In this document: positions 27,262-36,934 of the stretch, in pieces
Numbering within the stretch: the first letter of the stretch is position 1
How the letters are laid out: each line of letters begins with the position of its first letter
Assembly: GCA_029258835.1 (NCBI GenBank)
Contig: JAPDJY010000053.1
Span: 1-64,000, forward strand
Reading direction: 5' to 3'
Origin: Thermoproteota archaeon
GTDB taxonomy: Archaea; Asgardarchaeota; Jordiarchaeia; Jordiarchaeales; Freyrarchaeaceae
Length of the DNA stretch: 64,000 nt
Translations under genes and position numbers: made by a program
Notes under the pieces: model-generated
Told to the model about the DNA's origin: nothing
What the model saw: the letters and a program-made list of their open reading frames with translations, nothing else
Databases searched by the model: none

Positions 27262-28689
27262 TTAGTCGCTTATGCCTGCGAGGCGTTTTACTATCTGCTT
27301 TTTCTCTTCAACATCGTAGGTTGCCATTATTGCTATTTCCTCCATTACAGGGGATCCTCCTCCGTGGACGTCTGCGACCGCCATTACTCCCCCAAGGGCT
27401 GAGCAGAGCATATCCGAGAGCAGTCTGAAGCACCTGTGGATGTTTTCCGGCGGGACTTCGGCTCTTCTAGATATGTACTTTTCCAGCAGGGGGCCTGTTT
27501 CAGGGTTTAGGAAGTCTTCCTCGTATGGTAGGGTTGCTGGAAGGCCTCCTGATAGGTCTGTTAGGATTTCTATGGCTGCGTGTGCATTTAGACCAGCGTG
27601 CCTTCTGCCAACGTTAGCGTATACGACGTTTGGCACGCAGGTTCCCGACCCGTACGTTTGCGACTTTACCGCCGAGGCGATTCCCGCCGCGTAGACTAGT
27701 TCGCTTAAGCTGACTAATTGGGCAAGCTTCGACCTCACGTGAGGCTTGTTCTCCACACCGTTGTAGTCCGACACTAAGGCGGCTGCCCCCATTATTATGT
27801 CGAACAGTGCAGGCTTACAGCCTGTGTAGCTGTGCCTGTGGAAAAGGGCGAAAAGGTGTGCTAGCAACCCTGCAAACTGCCATTCTCCGCACAGGAAGAC
27901 ACGTTCCCAGGGGACGAAGACGTCGTCGAATACCACAAACGAGTCGGCTGCTCCAACTTCAGCCAGGGGGGCCTTAAACTTTTTCCTCGGTCTAAACGAC
28001 GTTGCACGGGTGACTAGTTTTACGCCTTCAGTATCCGCGGGTATCGCGAATGAGACTGACCAGTCTCCATCATCCTTAGTCATCATCCTCGTGGGTAATA
28101 CTATGAGCTCGTCGGCGTAGGCGGCCATGGTTATGTGGTTCTTCGCCCCCCGAACTATTATTCCGTCATCTGTCTTCTTTACGATCCGCACGTAAAGGTC
28201 CGGGTCTTTCTGCTGGTGGGGGCGTAGGCTTCGGTCACCCTTAACGTCCGTTTGGGCTCCTGCAGCCACAAGGTCGTTTTTCTGGAAGTATTCAAGGTAC
28301 TTAAGGAACCTTTTATGGTACTCTGTTCCTAAGGCTTGGTCGACTTCATATGTTATTACCGAGAGGGCGTTTATTGCGTCACATCCCATGCACCTCTGTA
28401 TGCACCCACCGGTCAAGTGGCAAAGCTTCCTTATCATTTCCTGCTTTTTAAGGAGGTCCTCCGGGCTACGATTTATGTGTGTAAACCTGTTTATTTTCTC
28501 CCCCGTGAGATGTGAGGTTGCTACGAGCAGGTCTTTGAATTCGGGGTCGTCAACCAGCTCGAACGTTTTCGATATAACTCTTATCCCGCCTTGGAGGCGG
28601 GGGTCATCACGCTTAACTTTTTCTCCTCCAATGTAAACGTTCGGCTTCATTTTGTACAAGCTTTCTTGATATTCTTCAGGGGTACGCAT
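27262..28689 (-). CDS. 4-hydroxybutyryl-CoA dehydratase / HpaB-fold family protein
   Basis: CIQRCMGCD, QTDVKGDRS, RGAKNH, HRHSYTGCK (3 Cys + His Fe-S ligands), HGGGSP; ATG 28689 follows GGAGG. Confidence 0.88.
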   Translation of the reverse strand: MRTPEEYQESLYKMKPNVYIGGEKVKRDDPRLQGGIRVISKTFELVDDPEFKDLLVATSHLTGEKINRFTHINRSPEDLLKKQEMIRKLCHLTGGCIQRCMGCDAINALSVITYEVDQALGTEYHKRFLKYLEYFQKNDLVAAGAQTDVKGDRSLRPHQQKDPDLYVRIVKKTDDGIIVRGAKNHITMAAYADELIVLPTRMMTKDDGDWSVSFAIPADTEGVKLVTRATSFRPRKKFKAPLAEVGAADSFVVFDDVFVPWERVFLCGEWQFAGLLAHLFALFHRHSYTGCKPALFDIIMGAAALVSDYNGVENKPHVRSKLAQLVSLSELVYAAGIASAVKSQTYGSGTCVPNVVYANVGRRHAGLNAHAAIEILTDLSGGLPATLPYEEDFLNPETGPLLEKYISRRAEVPPENIHRCFRLLSDMLCSALGGVMAVADVHGGGSPVMEEIAIMATYDVEEKKQIVKRLAGISD

Positions 28690-28911
28690 TTCGAAGCCTC
28701 CTCTACCTCCCTGAGAATATGGCATATGACTATACTTAAAGGTTTTTCAGGCTTCAGCCAGAATGTAGCCTTTTGAGTTGAAGGGTGTAGAATAATGGTG
28801 TTTTAATGGAGAAGCTAGTGGGCAAAAGAAGGAGGAGTTATGCTTTTTTCCTGGAGAGAGGAGGAGGCAATGTAGAATTGCAGATTTTTAGTCTATTTGG
28901 ATGTAAGCGGA

Positions 28912-29241
28912 TTAAAGTATTCCGATCCAGTACTCTTCTCCGCCTTCTACGCTGAAAACGGTTGAAATCAGCCTGTTTTCCTCCTTTTTGCTTTCCAAGT
29001 ACATTGACTTTATCCTTATAATGTACGTTTCACCGCACTTATTGCACTTGACGGTGTAGTCCAAGGTTTCCAGTATGTTTTCGCCTGAAACCTCGTCGCT
29101 GCTTTTAAAATCTATTACATCTACTTCGTCCTTGCTTCCACATTTGAGGCATTCCTTTATCGTAATTGGCTCCATACCCCTTCTTCCTAAAGGGACGTAA
29201 ACCTTCGACGGCATGTTCTTTAGGGGTTTATCGTGCGACAT
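28912..29241 (-). CDS. Hypothetical zinc-binding protein
   Basis: CLKCG and CNKCG pairs; GGTG RBS. Confidence 0.65.
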   Translation of the reverse strand: MSHDKPLKNMPSKVYVPLGRRGMEPITIKECLKCGSKDEVDVIDFKSSDEVSGENILETLDYTVKCNKCGETYIIRIKSMYLESKKEENRLISTVFSVEGGEEYWIGIL

Positions 29242-29430
29242 CGCAACACCAACCTTTAAGGGGTCCCAATTGTTGATTGGGGAAGCACATAAATAAATCT
29301 TTACTTTACTTCACGTCAGCCCCTTTATTAGCGCGTGATGGGGGAATGAGGGAGATTAACTAATTGGATAATTTTTATTACCGTTAATGCTTTAGAATTA
29401 GGTTGTCTAGGAGTTCGAGAGGGGGCGGCT

Positions 29431-31941
29431 TTGCAGGCTGTCATAATGGCTGGAGGTAAGGGAACACGCCTTAGGCCTTTAACGGTTAACGTTCCCAAGC
29501 CGATAGTGCCTATAGTTGACGCTCCCATGCTGGAGCACACGATCAAGCTTCTTAAAAAGCATAATGTGAGGGACATCCTCGTCACCGTAAGCTACCTTGG
29601 AGACAAGATAAGAAGGTTTTTTGGGGATGGGTCAAGGTACGGTGTCAGGATCAAGTATTCTCATGAGGAGGAACCGCTGGGCACCGCAGGGGGGGTAAAA
29701 CTTCTAGAGGAACACATTGACGACACTTTCATCGTTCTGAGCGGGGACGTTTTAACCGACATGAACATAACTAGGCTGCTTGAAAGGCATAGGGAGAACG
29801 ATGCCATGGTTACCATAGCGTTGACGAGCGTGGATAACCCTGTTGCCTACGGCATAGTGGTAACGGACGAGAACGGGAGAATAAAAAGGTTTCTGGAAAA
29901 GCCCAGCTGGGGCGAGGTCTTCAGCGACATGGTCAACACGGGCACGTACATACTGGAGCCTGAAGTATTAGATTACATTCCAAGGAATAAGGAGTACGAT
30001 TTCAGCAAGGACCTTTTCCCTCGACTCCTTAAAGAGGGAAAGCGACTCTTCGGCCACCTAGTAAGGGAGTACTGGATCGACATAGGCACCCCCCAGAAGT
30101 ACATGCAAGCCCACTACGACATCCTCAGGGGTCAGGTTAACATAGAGATCCCCCACAGGCAAGTCAGGGAGGGAGTGTGGGTTGGGGAGGGAACGGAGCT
30201 TCCGGACGGATGCGAAATCCACCCGCCAGTCGTCATAGGAAGGTTCTGCAGGGTAGATGAGGGAGCGGTGATAGATAGGTTCAGCGTTATAGGTGGAGGA
30301 TGCTACGTGGCCGGAGAGGCGCGGGTGGCAAGATCCATTGTATGGGGGAACACATCCATACATAAAGGGTCACGTCTGCAGTCGTGCATCGTGGGGGCTA
30401 GGTGCGAGGTGGGAGAGGGAGCGCAGATTCTAGACGGTGCTGTTGTCGGGGACGACTGCATCTTTGGTCCGGGAGCGAGGGTGATGCCTAACGTTTACAT
30501 TTGGCCAAATAAGGTTGTGGAGAAGAACGCAGTAGTTAACATGAACCTGAAGTGGGGCGTGAGGTGGAAGAAGAGCCTTTTCACCGAGTATGGCATTTCA
30601 GGCCTCGTGAACATAGAGATTACACCCGAGTTCGCCACTAAGCTTGGAGCAGCATTCGCAACGTACCTAGGGGAAGGAGCAAACGTCATAGTAGGTAGGG
30701 ATACACATCTCGCATCACGCATGGTGAAGAGGGCGATAGTAGCAGGCTTGCAGTCCGCAGGGGTTAACGTTTACAACGTGAGAGTTCAGCCGGTTTCCAT
30801 AATAGAGGCGTCCATAACGTCTTACGGGGCTGACGGGGGAGTCTTCATTTCAATGTCTCAGAAGGAGGCTAACACGGTTTGCATTAGACTGTTCGATTCC
30901 GATGGGATCGACCTTGACAAGGCGCACCAGAAGAAGGTTGAGGACATATTCTTCAAGGAGGCGTTGAAGAGGATTGACCCGGGAAAGGTAGGAGACATAC
31001 TTTACCCGCAGGAAGCTATCGAGTCCTACTTTGAAAGGATAATACGGCATACTAATGAGGACATTTTAAAGGGAAGGAGGATGACGGTGGTGCTCGACTG
31101 CGGGGACGGATGTGCGTCTCTCACCGCTCCATTCTTTATGAGGGAGCTAGGATGCGACGTCGTAACGTTAAACGCTAACGTGGGAGCAGCCGTGCCGAAG
31201 AGGGAGCACAGGCCCATCACAGGCGCCGTCGAAAACCTAGCTAAAACCGTTAAGGCATTAGATGCAGACTTAGGCGTAGTTTTCGACGAGGACGCGGACC
31301 AGGTCTTATTTATCGACGATAAAGGTGAGCTGCTGGGTGGAGACATCGCCACAGCATTACTGGCTGTAAGCCAACTTGAACAGAAGGGCAGAGGTAAGGT
31401 CGTCGTCCCGGTAACCACGAGCCACGCAATAGACGAGGTGGTGAAGGAGTATGGGGGGGAAACTGTTAGAGTTAAACTCGGCTTCCGGCCAATCATAGAC
31501 ACCATCAGAAAGGTTAAGGGAGTTTTTGGCGGGGACGAAAGTGGCGGATACATTTTCCCCGAGGTATACCCCTTCAGGGATGGGCTGGTTGGGGCGGTTA
31601 AGCTTGCAGAGTTTATGGCGACGCGTGATGAGCCACTGTCAGAGCTGCGAAGGGAGGTTCCAGAATTTTACATGCTCAAACGCTCGGTGGAGTGTCCCCT
31701 AGAGCATAGAGGGGCATTAATGAGAAGCCTACTAGAGGGAACCCAGGGGCAAGTGTTTGACACTATAGATGGAATAAAGATTTACTTCGACTACGGATGG
31801 GTCCTCATAAGGCCCTCGTCCCATGACGCAACCCTAGACATTTTTTCAGAGGCGAAGACGCGTGAGCAAGCGAAGGAGCTACTTAACAGGCACGTGAGGG
31901 AAATAGAAAGGATACTATATGAGATCAGAAGTAGCATTTAG
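29431..31941 (+). CDS. Mannose-1-phosphate guanylyltransferase / phosphomannomutase-like fusion
   Basis: MAGGKGTRLRPLT..PKP, EPLGTAG, FLEKP, hexapeptide repeats, phosphohexomutase-like C-terminal half. Confidence 0.92.
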   Translation: MQAVIMAGGKGTRLRPLTVNVPKPIVPIVDAPMLEHTIKLLKKHNVRDILVTVSYLGDKIRRFFGDGSRYGVRIKYSHEEEPLGTAGGVKLLEEHIDDTFIVLSGDVLTDMNITRLLERHRENDAMVTIALTSVDNPVAYGIVVTDENGRIKRFLEKPSWGEVFSDMVNTGTYILEPEVLDYIPRNKEYDFSKDLFPRLLKEGKRLFGHLVREYWIDIGTPQKYMQAHYDILRGQVNIEIPHRQVREGVWVGEGTELPDGCEIHPPVVIGRFCRVDEGAVIDRFSVIGGGCYVAGEARVARSIVWGNTSIHKGSRLQSCIVGARCEVGEGAQILDGAVVGDDCIFGPGARVMPNVYIWPNKVVEKNAVVNMNLKWGVRWKKSLFTEYGISGLVNIEITPEFATKLGAAFATYLGEGANVIVGRDTHLASRMVKRAIVAGLQSAGVNVYNVRVQPVSIIEASITSYGADGGVFISMSQKEANTVCIRLFDSDGIDLDKAHQKKVEDIFFKEALKRIDPGKVGDILYPQEAIESYFERIIRHTNEDILKGRRMTVVLDCGDGCASLTAPFFMRELGCDVVTLNANVGAAVPKREHRPITGAVENLAKTVKALDADLGVVFDEDADQVLFIDDKGELLGGDIATALLAVSQLEQKGRGKVVVPVTTSHAIDEVVKEYGGETVRVKLGFRPIIDTIRKVKGVFGGDESGGYIFPEVYPFRDGLVGAVKLAEFMATRDEPLSELRREVPEFYMLKRSVECPLEHRGALMRSLLEGTQGQVFDTIDGIKIYFDYGWVLIRPSSHDATLDIFSEAKTREQAKELLNRHVREIERILYEIRSSI

Positions 31942-31942
31942 A

Positions 31943-32587
31943 CTATTTTTTGAGCGGGAGCGTGTTTGCGAGAGATTCAAGCAGCATGATCGCTGAAAGC
32001 TCGAAGAGTGCTCCTGGAGGCTCCAGCTCCCCGTAAACCGTACGTTCGATGAAGCTTCTCCCAGTCCTCTCTTCTCTTCCCTCAACCTTTAAAGTGAAGT
32101 CTGCCAAACTGCCAATAGTTGAGTTTGGATAGGAAGTTACGGCGACTATCCTACAGCCTATTTCCTTAGCAGTTCTAACGGCGGAAACAACTTCGTAGGT
32201 TTCTCCTGACCCGGAGATCGCTATGAGAAGGTCATCTGGCTCGACACGGGGAACAAGGTCGACCACGTCGAGGCCTACAAAGTGAACCTTATAGCCTTTG
32301 TTTAAAAGCCTGATCGCAAGAATTTTCCCCACGAACTCGGATCTCCCCCTTCCAACGATAAAAATTCTGGACGCTTTAGCGATTTCATCACCCATTCTCA
32401 CTAAGGCTTCATAGTTCACCTTCTCCAAGTTCTCCCGGATTCGTTCCATCATTTCTTCTACGTTCCCTTTAAGTTGCTGCTCAGACAACAAAAACGACAC
32501 CCCACTAAATCTCCCTTTAAACCTGAGAAGAATATAACTCTTACCGTCACCATGATGAGGGAAGGGCTGTATTTGAAGTGTTAACAT
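31943..32587 (-). CDS. SIS-domain protein (6-phospho-3-hexuloisomerase-like)
   Basis: GRGRS, AISGSGET, GALFELS; true start likely about 30 codons downstream. Confidence 0.85.
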   Translation of the reverse strand: MLTLQIQPFPHHGDGKSYILLRFKGRFSGVSFLLSEQQLKGNVEEMMERIRENLEKVNYEALVRMGDEIAKASRIFIVGRGRSEFVGKILAIRLLNKGYKVHFVGLDVVDLVPRVEPDDLLIAISGSGETYEVVSAVRTAKEIGCRIVAVTSYPNSTIGSLADFTLKVEGREERTGRSFIERTVYGELEPPGALFELSAIMLLESLANTLPLKK

Positions 32588-32669
32588 GATTGTGAAACTA
32601 AGGCGGACGCTAAGTTTATTTTCCAGATAGGATAGAAGTTAGGGTTGAAAAGTTTGTTGAGGGTAAGGG

Positions 32670-32960
32670 ATGAAGCTGGACGTGAGAAGCCTCTGCTCAA
32701 GACTTCCAACTTACTTCTCAAGATCTTATACTGAACATGTTTTCTCGGAGGAAATGAGGCTTATCAGGCCATTAGTTGAAGTTGAAGGTGCAGAGGAGGA
32801 GGGTGCAAGGGACGTGGTGGAAAGTTTAAGGGAGGAGTTTTACAGGTACATTGAACAGGTTATAGAGGGAGAGGGAGACGCGGATAGGGTTAAAGAGACA
32901 TTAATGAGGTATACTAACTGGGCTGTCTCTCAGCTCGGTAAGGTAGGAGTAGAAAAGTAA
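32670..32960 (+). CDS. Hypothetical protein
   Basis: ATG with RBS; abuts the downstream glycosyltransferase. Confidence 0.6.
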   Translation: MKLDVRSLCSRLPTYFSRSYTEHVFSEEMRLIRPLVEVEGAEEEGARDVVESLREEFYRYIEQVIEGEGDADRVKETLMRYTNWAVSQLGKVGVEK

Positions 32961-32961
32961 G

Positions 32962-34152
32962 ATGGAAGTCAACGTTTGTATGCTGCTTTGGGAGTATCCC
33001 CCTCTGGTCCAAGGGGGGCTTGGAGTTCACGGGTATGAGAATTCTAAGGCGCTGGCAAAGCTTGGATGCAAAGTTAGTGTTATAACGAGGTTTGCGTTCT
33101 CCCAGCCAGTGTTCCATAAGGATGGAAACGTCAGGGTCTATAGGGTTCCGGAAAGAAAGCTTGTAATGACCCTTCCATTTAACGATTTCCGGGTTTTCCT
33201 TTCTGCAAACCTAGCATTTAACATAGCCGCAACAGCTAAGTTCTTTAAGCTCGACGGGGAGGAGAACTTTAGCATATGCCATGTTCACGATTGGCTCTCG
33301 GCTATAGCTGGACTTACCATTAAAGAATCGCTGGGAAAGCCTATGGTCTTTACCGTTCACAGTACCGAGAGCGTCCGGTCGGGCGATAGGGGGATAGAGC
33401 CGATAAGAGAGCTGGAGAAGAAATGTGCCGAAAGAGCAGACGTAGTAATAGCCGTCAGCAACTACATAAAACAGGAAGTTTTAAGGATGGGTATTAGGGA
33501 GCGAAAGGTGAGAGTTGTCCACAACGGAGTAGATGTTAAAATGTTTAGGCCGGCTTCGAAAAAGTCGCGTAGAAGGGTGAGAGAAAAATACGGGTTAGGG
33601 GATGGCCCTGTAGTGCTCTTCCTAGGCAGGCTTGACCCATCCAAAGGATTAGATTACCTCCTTAGGGCTCTTCCAGTAGTTCTAGAAGAAGAACCTGAGG
33701 TTAAAGTGGTTATAGGTGGTCAGGGATGGCTTGAACCCGTCTTGGTTTCCTTAGCCAAACTTTTAGGGGTGGAAGACCATGTTGTCTTCACAGGCTACGT
33801 GCCGTCTGAAGAGCTTCCAAGCCTTTACTCTGCTGCAGACGTATTCGTCTCCCCCTCACTCTGCGAGCCGTTCGGATTAACCCTCTTAGAGGCGATGGCG
33901 TGTGGAACGCCTGTCGTTTCAACGTATGCTGGCGGTATACCTGAATTTGTTAAACCAATGGAGAACGGGATACTCGTAGATTCGCACAGCCCAGACCAGC
34001 TGGCCTACGCCATAACCCTGCTTCTTCAAGACGAAGAATTAAGAAGGAAAATAGCTGAAAATGGAAGAAGACATGTTGAAAAGGAGTTCACGTGGGAGAG
34101 GACGGCGGAAAAAACGCTTAAAATCTACATGGAAGCTTTAGGGAAAGCGTAG
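32962..34152 (+). CDS. Glycosyltransferase family 4
   Basis: WEYPP..GGLG, HVHDW, GRLDPSKG, EPFGLTLLEAMACG. Confidence 0.93.
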   Translation: MEVNVCMLLWEYPPLVQGGLGVHGYENSKALAKLGCKVSVITRFAFSQPVFHKDGNVRVYRVPERKLVMTLPFNDFRVFLSANLAFNIAATAKFFKLDGEENFSICHVHDWLSAIAGLTIKESLGKPMVFTVHSTESVRSGDRGIEPIRELEKKCAERADVVIAVSNYIKQEVLRMGIRERKVRVVHNGVDVKMFRPASKKSRRRVREKYGLGDGPVVLFLGRLDPSKGLDYLLRALPVVLEEEPEVKVVIGGQGWLEPVLVSLAKLLGVEDHVVFTGYVPSEELPSLYSAADVFVSPSLCEPFGLTLLEAMACGTPVVSTYAGGIPEFVKPMENGILVDSHSPDQLAYAITLLLQDEELRRKIAENGRRHVEKEFTWERTAEKTLKIYMEALGKA

Positions 34153-34157
34153 CGCGT

Positions 34158-34538
34158 TCACAGCCCACCATCCCTTCTCTCGTCACTCTCCAACATGTTT
34201 ATCTTGCTGGTGAACTCTGACAGTAGTTTCCTGTAGACTTCCGGGTTAACCCTTCCTTCAAGATACATTTTATTAAGGTAGTTAACGAGTTCCTTGTAGA
34301 CGCGGACTTCGTCCAGGACGCCTCCCGGCCGGGGGTGACGGCTAAAACCATGTGAAGGCTGGTAGGGTTGCCATGGTGCAATCCACCTGAAGGGTTCTTC
34401 AGTTTTAGCTTTCCTCCAATGGGAGGGAGTATGCCGGACGCTGGTGGAATCCTCCGAGAAGATGCCTATGAGTAGAAGGATGAAGATCACCGGAACTATT
34501 AACACTAATAGGGAGAGGATGAGCAGGGAGAAGAGCAA
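34158..34538 (-). CDS. Small membrane-anchored hypothetical protein
   Basis: N-terminal TM helix; SHOCT-like C-term LNKMYLEGRVNPEVYRKL. Confidence 0.6.
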   Translation of the reverse strand: MLFSLLILSLLVLIVPVIFILLLIGIFSEDSTSVRHTPSHWRKAKTEEPFRWIAPWQPYQPSHGFSRHPRPGGVLDEVRVYKELVNYLNKMYLEGRVNPEVYRKLLSEFTSKINMLESDERRDGGL

Positions 34539-34718
34539 AGTCTATCACCCTTTAGGAGGTTCTTCCAATAAACAATGCCACAGGGAAGGTATAAAAGCGT
34601 TTCATTTAAGTATGAGAAACGCTGCTAAGAAATTATGGACTCCACCGGATAGTTAATGTTAATATGGTAGTAGCATTTTTATTTCTGTAGGACAAGTACC
34701 GGGTGGAGAGAGGAAGTC

Positions 34719-35516
34719 TTGGAGCTTGTGATTCTGGGAAGTGGAGACACGGTAGGTGTGCCGAAGATTGGGTGCACCTGTCCAACATGCAACATGGCTA
34801 GGGAGAGAGGTATACCTGATGCTAGGACGAGATTTTCTCTTTTATTTAGAGACACTGAAAGAGGGTATAACATCCTTGTTGATACGAGTCCGGACATGCG
34901 CCTTCAGCTTCTAAGAGAGAACGTGAAGAGGGTTTCAGCAGTCATCTTCACCCACCACCACTTTGACCACATTCTAGGCTTTAACGACTTTTACAGGGTT
35001 CAACAGGTGGTAACCGTCTTCGGGCTTAGGGAGACTGTTGATTACGTGCTTGACAAGATGGGATTCGGCAGCCTAGTTAAAGCTAGGAGAAAGTACATTC
35101 GCCCGTTTGAAATGGTAAGATATAAGTCCATTGAGTTTATGGCTTTCCCTGTCTTTCACCCTCATCTGAACGATGGGGTAAACGTGCAGCCCGTAGGTTA
35201 CGTTTTCAAGGTGAATGGAAGGAAGATCGTTGTGACAGGGGATACGGGAATAAACATTCCCGAGAGGTCGATTGAGGTGATGTATGAGCCGGACATACTG
35301 GTGGCTGACGCGTTCGTCTCCTCCCCCAAACACTTCCTAGACCACCATATGACGGTTGAGGAGGCGGTGCTCCTCGCAGAGAGGTTGAGAGCAGAAAGAA
35401 CCATACTGGTCCACCTTGCCCACGTGAACCCTCCACACATGGAGCTTCAAAGAAAGGTAGATCCAACGTCTAAGAAGGTCATAGTGGGCTATGACACGTT
35501 AAAAGTGGAAGTGTAA
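34719..35516 (+). CDS. MBL-fold metallo-hydrolase (PhnP-like)
   Basis: LGSG..GVP.IGCTCPTC, DTSPDMRLQ, THHHFDH, TGDT. Confidence 0.9.
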   Translation: MELVILGSGDTVGVPKIGCTCPTCNMARERGIPDARTRFSLLFRDTERGYNILVDTSPDMRLQLLRENVKRVSAVIFTHHHFDHILGFNDFYRVQQVVTVFGLRETVDYVLDKMGFGSLVKARRKYIRPFEMVRYKSIEFMAFPVFHPHLNDGVNVQPVGYVFKVNGRKIVVTGDTGINIPERSIEVMYEPDILVADAFVSSPKHFLDHHMTVEEAVLLAERLRAERTILVHLAHVNPPHMELQRKVDPTSKKVIVGYDTLKVEV

Positions 35517-35676
35517 TAGGCAGCGGTGCCGAAGGGATGAGAACGTTTTACCATATTACGAATTACGAATTTCTCCTGTTAAAATCGATTATTGACGAAT
35601 TAATTTTGGGTTGCAGGAAAAGGTTTAAACAGTTCCCAGCTTGGTTAAGCTCCAAAGGGATTGAGGAGGAACAGCT

Positions 35677-36846
35677 TTGCCCTCGGTGGTTTCCATCGTT
35701 AAGACCGATGGCAATGTTGAAGACGCTGTTAGAAGAGCGGTTGAACTGGCTGGAGGAATAAAGTTAAACGGTGAAACCGTGCTTTTAAAGCCCAACCTGT
35801 GTGCCGCTAAGCCTTCAGGTAGCGGTATAGTCACGAGCACAGAGGTCGTTTCGGCGATGGTAAAGTTGGTTAAGGATCTGGGAGGGGAGGTATTAGTCGG
35901 TGATTTGCCCATAGCAGGGTGGGATCCAGAGGAAACGTATCGTGTGACGGGGATGAGGGAGGCTGTGGAGGCTGCAGGAGGAACATTTGTCGATTTCAGT
36001 AGGGATGAAGCTGTGACGATACAGATTCCAAGTGCAAAAAAGCTGAAGAAGGTTAAAGTGGTTAAGACTGCATTAACCGTCGACGCTATAATCTCTCTGC
36101 CAGTGCTCAAAGCACACTTCTTCACCGGTTTAACCTTATCGATAAAAAACCTGAAGGGGCTGACCTGGCAGGATCAGAGGACTAAGATCCATGTTTTAGG
36201 ATTGCATGAGCCTGTAGTAGACCTGTTATCGGCTTTCCGCCAGAAGCTGATTTTTAGCCTTGTCGACGGGACGGTAGGATGCGAAGCAATAAAGCCTTCA
36301 GGGCCTTTGTATGGTCCAACAGAGGGGAAGCCTGTAAGGTTGAACCTCATTGTTGCTGGTGCAGATCCTGTAGCCGTTGACAGCGTAACAGCAAGGATTG
36401 CTGGGTTAGACCCGCATAGCATGAAGATACTTAAGATCGCAAGCGAGAGAGGGCTGGGGGAAATAGAAGACATAGAGATTAGAGGGGAAGACGTTAAACC
36501 GTTCAAGCTTAAGAGGAGGTTTATAGATAAAATACTTCAAGCGTTAAATGTTCTCTGGACGTCAAGAACTGTAAATCCGATAGTTCATCCATTAGCCAAG
36601 AAGATCTATGGCCCACAAATTGAAAGCTTGAGGGCAGTTGAGAAGGAGCTTGAGAAGGTTGAACCAAGCAGAATAATAGTCGACAGGGAGAAATGCAACC
36701 TGTGCGGGGTCTGCGTCAAAGCGTGCAAAATTGGAAACATAACCGTGAAAGGCGATAACCTGCTGATAGGAGATAACTGCCTTGGATGCCTCATCTGCGT
36801 AGAGTCATGTCCGGAGTCAGCATTATCAATTAAAGTCGGTGGGTGA
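35677..36846 (+). CDS. DUF362 domain protein with C-terminal 2x[4Fe-4S]
   Basis: LLKPNL, LKAH, SIKNLKG, DPVAVD; CNLCGVC and CLGCLICVESCP. Confidence 0.88.
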   Translation: MPSVVSIVKTDGNVEDAVRRAVELAGGIKLNGETVLLKPNLCAAKPSGSGIVTSTEVVSAMVKLVKDLGGEVLVGDLPIAGWDPEETYRVTGMREAVEAAGGTFVDFSRDEAVTIQIPSAKKLKKVKVVKTALTVDAIISLPVLKAHFFTGLTLSIKNLKGLTWQDQRTKIHVLGLHEPVVDLLSAFRQKLIFSLVDGTVGCEAIKPSGPLYGPTEGKPVRLNLIVAGADPVAVDSVTARIAGLDPHSMKILKIASERGLGEIEDIEIRGEDVKPFKLKRRFIDKILQALNVLWTSRTVNPIVHPLAKKIYGPQIESLRAVEKELEKVEPSRIIVDREKCNLCGVCVKACKIGNITVKGDNLLIGDNCLGCLICVESCPESALSIKVGG

Positions 36847-36856
36847 AACCGCTATT

Positions 36857-36886
36857 TAACCAGAAGACGGGTGTAACCAGAAGACG
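36857..36886. repeat. 13-bp direct repeat TAACCAGAAGACG x2
   Basis: Copies at 36857-36869 and 36874-36886 between convergent genes. Confidence 0.6.
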
Positions 36887-36934
36887 AGTGGAAACAACCG
36901 TTAAAGCTTCGAATGCCTAACTCATCAACTCAAC

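Noticed and set aside
36857-36886. CRISPR-like repeat
   Set aside because: Only two 13-bp copies 4 nt apart; no spacers or cas genes.
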